Shown here piece by piece: positions 43,106 to 51,653 of a stretch of DNA of 64,000 nt (the stretch's first letter is position 1; each line of letters begins with the position of its first letter). This DNA comes from Candidatus Woesearchaeota archaeon (GTDB lineage Archaea > Nanobdellota > Nanobdellia > Pacearchaeales > GW2011-AR1), in assembly GCA_964576755.1 (NCBI GenBank), contig CAZNUV010000005.1:2762-66761 (forward strand), given 5' to 3'. The notes below the pieces were generated by a model. That model was not told the origin of the DNA. It saw nothing but the letters and a program-made list of their open reading frames with translations, and made no database searches. The position numbers and the translations under genes were made by a program.

Positions 43106-46100
43106 TGGCAATTAAACCAATAAAAAAACAAGTTGAAGCTATAAAATTTGCACTTTTAAGTCCAGAACAAATAAAAAAATTATCTGTTGCTAAGATAGTT
43201 ACACCAGAATTGTATGATGTAGATGGTTATCCTGTAGATGGCGGTTTGATGGATTTAAGAATGGGAGCAATTGATCCGGGGGTTAGGTGTAGAACCTGTG
43301 GCGGTCGTTTAAAAGAATGTTTAGGTCACTCTGGAGTTATTGAATTAGCAAGACCGGTTGTTCATATAAAATATTTACCGATTATTAGTCTATGTCTAAG
43401 AAGTACTTGTGAGGCTTGTGGAAAAGCACTTTTATCAGAAGATTATTTATCTAAAGATTTAAAGACAAGATTAAAAAAAGCTAAAGATGCAAAAAAATGT
43501 CCTTATTGTGGAATTGTTCAAGAAAAAATTAAATTAGAAAAGCCATCTACTTTTAAAGTTGGTAAAAGAAGATTATTCCCTTCAGAGATTAGAGAAAGAT
43601 TGAGTAAAATACAAGATGAAGATTTAAGATTCTTAGGAATTAATCCTGAATCATTAAGACCAGAGTGGGGAATGTTAACCTTGTTATTAGTTCCTCCAGT
43701 TACTGTTCGGCCAAGTATTACTCTTGAAAGCGGAGAGAGAAGTGAAGATGATTTAACTCATAAACTAAGTGATATAATTCGAGCAAATCAAAGACTTTGG
43801 GAAAATTTAAATGCAGGTGCTCCAGAAGTAATCATTGAGGACTTATGGGATTTACTCCAATATCATATTACAACTTTTTTTGATAATAATATCGCAAGAA
43901 TTCCTCCTGCAAGACATAGAAGTGGACAACCATTAAAAACTATCACAGAAAGGATTAAAGGAAAAGAAGGAAGAATTAGAAAAAATTTAATTGGTAAAAG
44001 AGTTAATTTTTCAGCTAGAACAGTTATTAGTCCAGACCCAAATATAAAAATCAATGAGGTAGGTGTACCTTTTGAAATTGCAAAAATAATTACAGTTGCA
44101 GAAAGAGTTACATCACTTAATATGGCCCGATTAAAAAGGTTAATGCTATCAGAAGAATATCCCGGTGCAAATTATATTATTCGTCCAGATGGAAAAAGAA
44201 AAAGAATAACACAAGAATTAAAACAAGATTTAATTGAAGAATTAGAAATAGGATATATTGTAGAGAGACATTTACAAGATGGAGATATTGTTTTGTTTAA
44301 TAGACATCCTTCATTACATAAAGCTAGTTTAATGTCTCATTTTGTAAGAGTTTTACCTTATAGGACGTTTAGATTACATCCTGCAGTTTGTTTTCCATAT
44401 AATGCAGATTTTGATGGTGATGAAATGAATATTCATGGTCCCCAAACTGAAGAGGCAAGAGCTGAGGCTGAAGTTCTTTTAAATGTTGAAGAAAATTTAA
44501 TATCTGTAAAGAATAACACTAATTTATTAGGATGTATTGCCGATGCTGTTACTGGAAATTATATTTTAAGTGAAGGAGAACTTTCAAAATCAGATGCAGC
44601 TCAACTTTTATATGAATCTGGAATTTCAAATTTTTCTGTAAAAGCTAAAAATTCTGGAGAGGAAATTTTGAGTAATGTAATCTCTAAAGAAACTTTATCA
44701 AAGATTGGAAAATTAGATGCAGGGAGTTTTAGAGTAGAAGAAGGAGAAGCAATTAAAAAATTAGACAAATATGTTGGTAGAAAAGAAACTCTTAAAGTTT
44801 TAAGAGATGTTTTTGCATTAGGAACTTTATTTTTATCTAGATATGGATTTACAATCTCTGTTGATGATTTGGATGTTCCCCAAAAAGTAAAAGATATGAC
44901 TCAAAAAATCATCAAGACTGCAGAAGATAAAACTCAAAAAATCATAGAGTCTTATTATGAAAAAACTCTTGAAGCAATTCCTGGAAAAACCTTAGAAGAA
45001 ACAAGAGAAATTAAAATTCAACAGGTTTTAAATGAAGTTAGAACAGATATTGGAAAGTCTGCTAAAGAAGAATTTCCTAAAGATAATCCAGTTAATAAAA
45101 TGATTTCTGCAAAAGCAGGCGGAAATATGTTGAATATAACTCAGATTGCTTGTTCTGTTGGACAGCAGGTAATTGGTGGAGAGAGAATTAATTTTGGATT
45201 TACAGATAGGAGCTTATCTTGTTTTAAAAAACATGATTTCTCACCAAAGGCGAGAGGATTTATCTATAATTCATTTCTAAAAGGTTTAAGACCAGAAGAA
45301 TTCTTTTTTGGAGCTATAACTGGAAGAGATGGTCTTATGGACACTGCCTTAAGAACACCAAAATCTGGTTATTTATATAGAAGACTTGCAAATGCGTTAC
45401 AAGATTTAAAAATTGAATATGACAGAACAGTTAGAGATGCTTCTGAAAATATTGTACAATTTAAATATGGAAATGATGGTTTATCTGTTTCTGGATTACA
45501 TAAAAATGAGAAAATCTCTCCTGGAGAAGCGATAGGTATTGTTACTGCTCAATCATTTGGAGAACCTTCAACTCAGATGGCATTAAATGTATTTCACTTA
45601 GCAGGTGTTGCAGAAATGCAGGTTACTCAAGGTCTTCCACGTTTAATTGAAATTCTTGATGCTAGAAAGAAACCTTCAACTCCTGCAATGGAAATTTATT
45701 TAGATTCTGCTCATAATAATGAAAAAGATTCTAGAATTTTTGCTGAAAAATTAAAAGAGATTAAATTAAAAGATGTTATGTCTGAAATTGGAATTGATTT
45801 TACAAATAAAAAATTGGAAATTGAAATAGATAATCATGCCTTGAAAAGATCTCATTTTAGTTTAGATCATATATTAATTGTTTTGAAAGATAAGAATCAT
45901 AATGTTAAAAAAAGAGAAACTGGATTAATTATTGACTTAAAAGATAAAGACTTTAAAGAGATATATAAAATCAAAGAAAAATTAAAAGATGTTCTTCTAT
46001 CCGGTGTTAAAGGTATTTCTCAAGTCTTACCAGTTAAGAGAGATGCTAATTATATTGTTTTAACAGCTGGTTCAAATTTAAAAGATGTTTTAGAAATGAA

Positions 46101-46548
46101 AGGAGTTAATAAAGACAAAACTATCACCAATGATATTCATGAAATTGATATTGTTTTAGGGATTGAAGCAGCTAGACAAGCAATTATGAATGAAATTAAT
46201 AAGGTTATTAATTCTCAAGGATTAGATATAGATAAAAGGCATTTAATGTTGATATCTGATGCTATGACTCATGCAGGAACTGTTAAAGGAATTACTAGAA
46301 TGGGAATAATTTCTGATAAGAGTTCTGTTCTAGCAAGAGCAAGCTTTGAAACGCCGGTTAAACACTTTGTACATTCAACAAGAACAGGAAAGCAAGATAA
46401 ATTAGCTTCTGTAATTGAAAATATAATCCTTAATCAACCAGTTCCTGTAGGTACTGGTTTACCGGGTTTAATGGTAAAAGTTACTGGGTCCCTAACAGAA
46501 GCAAAGGGTAAATCTAAAAGTACTAAAACAGTTAAAGTTAAGGTATAA
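43105..46548 (+). CDS. rpoA: RNA polymerase largest subunit, A' and A'' regions in a single ORF
   Basis: A single 1147-aa ORF. It contains the Zn motif (CRTCGG), the active site NADFDGDEMN, the bridge helix (GRDGLMDTALRTPKSGYLYRRL) and the A''-type trigger loop (GEAIGIVTAQSFGEPSTQM). Confidence 0.95.
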   Translation: MAIKPIKKQVEAIKFALLSPEQIKKLSVAKIVTPELYDVDGYPVDGGLMDLRMGAIDPGVRCRTCGGRLKECLGHSGVIELARPVVHIKYLPIISLCLRSTCEACGKALLSEDYLSKDLKTRLKKAKDAKKCPYCGIVQEKIKLEKPSTFKVGKRRLFPSEIRERLSKIQDEDLRFLGINPESLRPEWGMLTLLLVPPVTVRPSITLESGERSEDDLTHKLSDIIRANQRLWENLNAGAPEVIIEDLWDLLQYHITTFFDNNIARIPPARHRSGQPLKTITERIKGKEGRIRKNLIGKRVNFSARTVISPDPNIKINEVGVPFEIAKIITVAERVTSLNMARLKRLMLSEEYPGANYIIRPDGKRKRITQELKQDLIEELEIGYIVERHLQDGDIVLFNRHPSLHKASLMSHFVRVLPYRTFRLHPAVCFPYNADFDGDEMNIHGPQTEEARAEAEVLLNVEENLISVKNNTNLLGCIADAVTGNYILSEGELSKSDAAQLLYESGISNFSVKAKNSGEEILSNVISKETLSKIGKLDAGSFRVEEGEAIKKLDKYVGRKETLKVLRDVFALGTLFLSRYGFTISVDDLDVPQKVKDMTQKIIKTAEDKTQKIIESYYEKTLEAIPGKTLEETREIKIQQVLNEVRTDIGKSAKEEFPKDNPVNKMISAKAGGNMLNITQIACSVGQQVIGGERINFGFTDRSLSCFKKHDFSPKARGFIYNSFLKGLRPEEFFFGAITGRDGLMDTALRTPKSGYLYRRLANALQDLKIEYDRTVRDASENIVQFKYGNDGLSVSGLHKNEKISPGEAIGIVTAQSFGEPSTQMALNVFHLAGVAEMQVTQGLPRLIEILDARKKPSTPAMEIYLDSAHNNEKDSRIFAEKLKEIKLKDVMSEIGIDFTNKKLEIEIDNHALKRSHFSLDHILIVLKDKNHNVKKRETGLIIDLKDKDFKEIYKIKEKLKDVLLSGVKGISQVLPVKRDANYIVLTAGSNLKDVLEMKGVNKDKTITNDIHEIDIVLGIEAARQAIMNEINKVINSQGLDIDKRHLMLISDAMTHAGTVKGITRMGIISDKSSVLARASFETPVKHFVHSTRTGKQDKLASVIENIILNQPVPVGTGLPGLMVKVTGSLTEAKGKSKSTKTVKVKV

Positions 46549-46562
46549 AATAGGTAATAAAA

Positions 46563-46811
46563 ATGAGTATTAAAGATATAAAAGAAGCACATGAACAAGG
46601 AAAAGTTATATTTGGAATAAGGCAAACTGTTAAACATTTTGATAAACAAAAAAATTCTAAAGCTAAGGTTTTTTTAGCTAAAGATGCAAGAGAAGAAACA
46701 ATAAAAAAATTAAATGATGCAAAAATAGTGTTTGAAAATACAAAGTTAAAAGCAGAAGTCTCCAAGGAATTAAATCTAGATTTTGAAGCAGAGATTTATT
46801 TACTTAACTAA
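46563..46811 (+). CDS. rpl30e: Ribosomal protein L30e (short form)
   Basis: L7Ae/L30e-like pattern (GKVIFGIRQTVKH...AKVFLAKDA). Occupies the conserved archaeal position between rpoA and nusA. Confidence 0.7.
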   Translation: MSIKDIKEAHEQGKVIFGIRQTVKHFDKQKNSKAKVFLAKDAREETIKKLNDAKIVFENTKLKAEVSKELNLDFEAEIYLLN

Positions 46812-46830
46812 TTTTAATAATTAATATAAT

Positions 46831-47253
46831 ATGGGAAAAGAAATCAATATGCAATTGATGCGTTACATAAACCTGTTCGAAAATATTTGTCACACTACCA
46901 CTTCAAATTGTTTTGTTTATAATCATCATATTGTTTTTGCAGTTCCAAAATCTCAAGTTTCAAATGCTATTGGAAGAGACGGTGTAAAAATTAGAAAGGT
47001 TGGAGAAATTTTGAGAAAAAAGATTAAAGTTATTGAAATGGCTAGGGATCCAAGTGATATGGATAAATTTGTTTCAAGCATTATCTCTCCATTACAATTT
47101 ACAAAAATAGAAGTTAAACCAGAGGGGGAAGTTATTATCTCTGCTACAAAACAGAATAAGGCTGCTTTAATTGGTAGAAATAGAACTAGAGAACAAGAAT
47201 TAGAAAGTATACTGAAAACAGTTTTTAAGATAAATAAATTAAGGATTGCATAG
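46831..47253 (+). CDS. nusA: Archaeal NusA-like KH-domain protein
   Basis: Two KH-like segments (IGRDGVKIRKVGEIL and LIGRNRTREQEL). Conserved position before rps12. Confidence 0.75.
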   Translation: MGKEINMQLMRYINLFENICHTTTSNCFVYNHHIVFAVPKSQVSNAIGRDGVKIRKVGEILRKKIKVIEMARDPSDMDKFVSSIISPLQFTKIEVKPEGEVIISATKQNKAALIGRNRTREQELESILKTVFKINKLRIA

Positions 47254-47293
47254 GTTTAGTTAATTTTAAAAACCACACTCTTTTAGAATTAAA

Positions 47294-47716
47294 ATGGGAT
47301 TAATGAATGCACGAAAATTAAAGAAAACAAGGAAAAAACAGAGAGGAAATGACCTTGTTCATAGAAAGAAAAAACTAGGTATTACTCTGAAGTTTGCTCC
47401 ACTTGGACGTTCATCTCAAGCAAAAGGGATTGTTACAAAAAAGATTCAAAAAGAAGCTAAACAGCCTAATTCTGCTATGAGAAAATGTTGCCGTGTACAA
47501 TTAATTAAAACTGGAAAAGAAGTTACTGCCTTTATTCCTGGAAATCTAGCTCAAAAATTTGTAGATGAACACGACGAAGTTATTATTGAGAGGATTGGTG
47601 GAAAGCAGGGTAAAACTAAAGGCGACCTTTCAGGTGTAAGGTTTCAAGTTATTAAAGTAAATGATCAACCCTTGGCAAGATTATGGCAAGGTAAGATCGA
47701 AAAGGGTAGAAGATAA
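47294..47716 (+). CDS. rps12: Ribosomal protein S12 (uS12)
   Basis: KQPNSAMRKCCRVQLIKTGKEVTAFIPG is the uS12 hallmark. Confidence 0.92.
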   Translation: MGLMNARKLKKTRKKQRGNDLVHRKKKLGITLKFAPLGRSSQAKGIVTKKIQKEAKQPNSAMRKCCRVQLIKTGKEVTAFIPGNLAQKFVDEHDEVIIERIGGKQGKTKGDLSGVRFQVIKVNDQPLARLWQGKIEKGRR

Positions 47717-47718
47717 AA

Positions 47719-48315
47719 ATGGTAGAAATGAAACTTTTTGGATTATTTTCAACACACGATGTTGTTGTTCAAGACCCAGGTTTAAAAAAGGTTATTAATC
47801 TTGATACAAAACTTTTATTGAAAAGTTATGGTAGAATTAAGTGGGATCCTGCTAAGGCTAAAGTTAATGTTATTGAACGTTTGATTAATTTATTACAGGT
47901 TCCTGGCTCTCGAGGAAAAAAGCATAGAATAATTACAAGATGGAATACTGGTAAATATAATAAGAATACTAAAATTGTTATTGATGCATTTAAAATTATT
48001 GAAACTAAAACTGGTCAAAATCCTGTTGCAGTTTTAGTTAGAGCAATTGAGAATTCTGCACCAAGAGATGGTGTAACAAGTATAGAATATGGTGGTGCTC
48101 GTTATCCTCAAGCTGTAGATGTTTCTCCAAGGAGAAGATTAAATATGGTTTTAAGATTTTTAGTTCATGGTTCATATGATAAGGCATTTAATAAAAAAGC
48201 TACAATCACAGAAACTCTTGCAAAAGAAATTATGCTAGCTGCCGAAGGCAGCTCAGAGAGTTATGCTATTCAAAAAAGAAATGATTCTGAAAAACAGGCT
48301 GATGCTGCTAGATAA
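47719..48315 (+). CDS. rps7: Ribosomal protein S7 (uS7)
   Basis: The uS7 pattern (VIERLINLL..PG...KK, AIENSAPRDGVTSIEYGGARYPQAVDVSP.RR) directly after rps12. Confidence 0.9.
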   Translation: MVEMKLFGLFSTHDVVVQDPGLKKVINLDTKLLLKSYGRIKWDPAKAKVNVIERLINLLQVPGSRGKKHRIITRWNTGKYNKNTKIVIDAFKIIETKTGQNPVAVLVRAIENSAPRDGVTSIEYGGARYPQAVDVSPRRRLNMVLRFLVHGSYDKAFNKKATITETLAKEIMLAAEGSSESYAIQKRNDSEKQADAAR

Positions 48316-48359
48316 TTTTGTATAATAATTCTTAAATACTTATAATGTAAAAGATTTTT

Positions 48360-48890
48360 ATGGAAAGGGATGTACGACAAGAATTTCTTGATTCTCTAGA
48401 GCATGCAGGAGCTGTTTTTTGTTCGCTTCCAAGATGGCAAAGAAAGGCACTTCATGAGATTGGGAATGATACTTATTTTTATGCTTTTCCAAGACATTTG
48501 ACTAGGGAAGAGATAGTTGGAAGATTAATCCAAAAGGTTAATGATGGAAAAATGGTTGATTTTTCTGGAAATGAATTTGTTAATAATGGTTTCTATAAGG
48601 AGGTTTGTGATAATTATGGAATTTATCAGCTTGATATGTCTTTTGAAGGAGTTAAAGCTATTTCAATTGATAGAGATAATTTTGGAAAATCCTTTCCAGT
48701 AGTGATCCCTTCACTTCCAGAAAATTATCCTGAAATTTTAAAAGAGCTTGACAAATCTCATCCATATAGGTGTTCTAGTCCTAACAATATTCTTGATTTT
48801 CCTACAGGTTCTGTTTGTGCTTTTTTCTTAGATAGAGTGAATGATTATTCAGAGATGATTAAATTAAAAGAGAAAAATTCTGCTAGATAG
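48360..48890 (+). CDS. Hypothetical protein
   Basis: 176-aa ORF with no recognisable motif. Occupies the slot where fusA normally follows rps7. Confidence 0.4.
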   Translation: MERDVRQEFLDSLEHAGAVFCSLPRWQRKALHEIGNDTYFYAFPRHLTREEIVGRLIQKVNDGKMVDFSGNEFVNNGFYKEVCDNYGIYQLDMSFEGVKAISIDRDNFGKSFPVVIPSLPENYPEILKELDKSHPYRCSSPNNILDFPTGSVCAFFLDRVNDYSEMIKLKEKNSAR

Positions 48891-48912
48891 TTCTTTCTTT
48901 GTTTTCTAATTG

Positions 48913-49305
48913 TTATATTTTTCTTAATTTATCTACTAAACCTTGTATTTCATTTAATTTTCTTTGATAATCCTTATTTGACAGAGAAGTTGGGATTAAA
49001 CCTCCAAATAGTATAACTTTTTCTTCTAACTCTTCATAGATTTCTTTTCTTGATTCCTCTTTTAAGTCTCTTAATCCAGTAGTTTCAATAAATCTTTTGT
49101 ATTCTGGTAATTCTAATTTTCTTATTAATTCTTGTTCTTTTCCTGGTTCTGTTTTTATAACATATCCTGCATCTAATACTGAACTTTTTCCAATTAATTC
49201 TAATCCGAGAGTTTCACAAAGCCCCCTTACATAAATATCATTCTTTCCATAAAATTCTACAACAATTTGTCCAGGAGCATAATCTGGAACATATTCCTCA
49301 TCCAT
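48913..49305 (-). CDS. Hypothetical protein
   Basis: 130-aa ORF, convergent with the previous gene. No recognisable motif. Confidence 0.4.
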   Translation of the reverse strand: MDEEYVPDYAPGQIVVEFYGKNDIYVRGLCETLGLELIGKSSVLDAGYVIKTEPGKEQELIRKLELPEYKRFIETTGLRDLKEESRKEIYEELEEKVILFGGLIPTSLSNKDYQRKLNEIQGLVDKLRKI

Positions 49306-49433
49306 AAAAATTACTGGTTAGAAATCTATATAAGGATTATTATAATAAAGTTCAAACTACATAGTATAAAAATTCCAAAAAATAAAAAGAAAAGATAGGA
49401 ATTAAATAATAAAAATTCCAAAAAATAAAAAAA

Positions 49434-50720
49434 TTATTTCTTTTTTTCTACGAGAGATTTACAAACACCTGCAGCTACTGTAACTCCAGCGTCTCTAATC
49501 GCGAATCTTGACATGTATGCATTATCTGTAGCAGTTTCAAGTACAAGATTTCCGATTGGTCTGATTTTTACAATAGCAACATCGCCGTTTTTTAGGAAGT
49601 CTGGATGTTCTTGAGCAACTTGTCCTGTAGCTGGATCTAATCTAGAAACTAACTCAACAAATTGACATGGAACCTGGGCTGTATGTACATGAAATACCGG
49701 AGTATATCCTTTAGCAACAACAGTTGGATGATTAATCACGGCTATTTGGGCTGTAAATTCTTCAACTATTTTTGCAGGTTGACTTGCATCACAAATAACA
49801 TCTCCACGAGCAATATCTTTCTTTCCAACACCTCTGATGTTGCAACCGATATTATCTCCTGCTTCTGATGTTTGAAGTTGTTCGTGATGTGCTTCCATAC
49901 TTCGAACTTCACCTTGAATTCCAGTTCCGCTTCTTCCAGGTAGAATTACAACTTTTTGTCCTATTTTCATGATACCTGTTTCAATCTTTCCTACAGGTAC
50001 TGTTCCAATTCCAGTGATATCATAAACATCTTGGATTGGCATTCTCATAGGCAAATTTGTTGGTTTTTCTGGTGCAGGGAATTTGTCTAACTGTTCTAAA
50101 ACAGTTGGGCCCTTGTACCAAGGCATGTTTTCAGATTTTTTAGCAATATTATCGCCTTTTAATCCTGATGCTGCAATAACTGGAACTTGGTCTGGTTTAT
50201 ATCCAACTTGTTTAAGAAGTGCTGTTGCATCTTCTTTAACTTTGTTGAACTTTGCTTCATCATATTTAACATCATCCATTTTGTTAACCAAAACTGCTAA
50301 GTTCTTAACACCCATCGTTCTTAATAACCATAGGTGTTCTTTTGTTTGTGGTTGGATTCCTGATGCTGCGGCTATTACTAAAAAAGCTGCATCTGCTTGA
50401 GATGCTCCAGTAATCATGTTTTTAACAAAATCTTTGTGACCTGGTGCATCAATTATGGTAACTTCAAAGTTTTGAGTTAAAATTTTCTTATAAGATAAGT
50501 CAATTGTAACTCCTCGTTCTCTTTCTTCTTTGATATTATCCATAAAGTAAGCAAATTCAAAACCTATTTTACCATGTTTTTCAGCTTCTTCTCTCAGTTT
50601 TTTCATTTCTTGTTCAGATATACCGCCACTTTGGAAAAACAACTGTCCAATTGTAGTTGACTTTCCTGCGTCGACATGTCCCACGAACACAATGTTCATA
50701 ACTGGTTTTTCTTTTGCCAT
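49434..50720 (-). CDS. tuf: Translation elongation factor 1-alpha
   Basis: GHVDAGKST, DAPGHKDF and NKMD GTPase motifs over a full-length 428 aa. Confidence 0.95.
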   Translation of the reverse strand: MAKEKPVMNIVFVGHVDAGKSTTIGQLFFQSGGISEQEMKKLREEAEKHGKIGFEFAYFMDNIKEERERGVTIDLSYKKILTQNFEVTIIDAPGHKDFVKNMITGASQADAAFLVIAAASGIQPQTKEHLWLLRTMGVKNLAVLVNKMDDVKYDEAKFNKVKEDATALLKQVGYKPDQVPVIAASGLKGDNIAKKSENMPWYKGPTVLEQLDKFPAPEKPTNLPMRMPIQDVYDITGIGTVPVGKIETGIMKIGQKVVILPGRSGTGIQGEVRSMEAHHEQLQTSEAGDNIGCNIRGVGKKDIARGDVICDASQPAKIVEEFTAQIAVINHPTVVAKGYTPVFHVHTAQVPCQFVELVSRLDPATGQVAQEHPDFLKNGDVAIVKIRPIGNLVLETATDNAYMSRFAIRDAGVTVAAGVCKSLVEKKK

Positions 50721-50850
50721 TTTTTATGTATTTATTTAGTTAATATAAGCCCGAGAGCTTGGTTATAAATATAAAAGTCGGTTTTTAAGGGTTTTGGTTG
50801 TAATAATTCAGGATTTGTTTGATACTTTTCAGCTTCTGAGTAAAATTTAA

Positions 50851-51591
50851 TTATATTTTTATAGCTTCTATCTTTAAGCTTTCTAAAGGTATTCCTTGAT
50901 ATTGATTCTTTGAAATTTCTTTATCTTCGTTTAAGATTTTGATTTTAAATCCTGAATATTTTATTAAATTGATATAATCCTCTTTTTGAGATGCTCCTGC
51001 TACGCATCCAGAAATTAATTCATGATTTTCTTTTTGTTCCTCACTTAATTCTCCTAACAAAACAATATCTGAAACAAACATCTTTCCTCCTTTTTTTAAA
51101 ACTCTGTAGGATTCTTTAAAAACATTCTTTTTATTTGGTGCTAGATTAATAACACAATTACTTATAATAACATTGACTGAATCTTTTTCAATAGGCATTT
51201 TTTCAATATCTCCATATTTGAATTCTACATTTTTATATCCATATTTTTCTGCATTGTGTCTTGCTCGTTTTAACATTTCTTCTGAAAAATCAATTCCAAT
51301 TACCTTACCACTTTTTCCAACCCTTTTAGCAGCTAAAAATACATCAAATCCTGCACCACTTCCTAAATCTAAAACTATGTCTCCTTTTTTAATTGTTGAA
51401 ATAGCTGTGGGATTTCCACACCCTAAACCTAAATTTGCTTCAGGGACGTTGTTTATCTCTTCATCACTATATCCAATACTCCTAGAAATATTTTCTGCAT
51501 TAGAATTATTACAATTACAACAACTGGTTTTTCTAGAGGCAATATTAGAATAATTCTCTTTTACTATCTTTTTTATTTCTTTTTCTTCCAT
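50851..51591 (-). CDS. arsM: ArsM-like SAM-dependent (arsenite) methyltransferase
   Basis: N-terminal VKENYSNIA...CC.C, then LGLGCGNP, SAM motif VLDLGSGAGFD, and ISNCVINL, which are colinear with ArsM/AS3MT. Confidence 0.72.
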   Translation of the reverse strand: MEEKEIKKIVKENYSNIASRKTSCCNCNNSNAENISRSIGYSDEEINNVPEANLGLGCGNPTAISTIKKGDIVLDLGSGAGFDVFLAAKRVGKSGKVIGIDFSEEMLKRARHNAEKYGYKNVEFKYGDIEKMPIEKDSVNVIISNCVINLAPNKKNVFKESYRVLKKGGKMFVSDIVLLGELSEEQKENHELISGCVAGASQKEDYINLIKYSGFKIKILNEDKEISKNQYQGIPLESLKIEAIKI

Positions 51592-51653
51592 TATAACTTC
51601 AGGTACTTAAGTTAGTTAATTATAATGTTATGGAGATTTCTTTAAAATAATTT

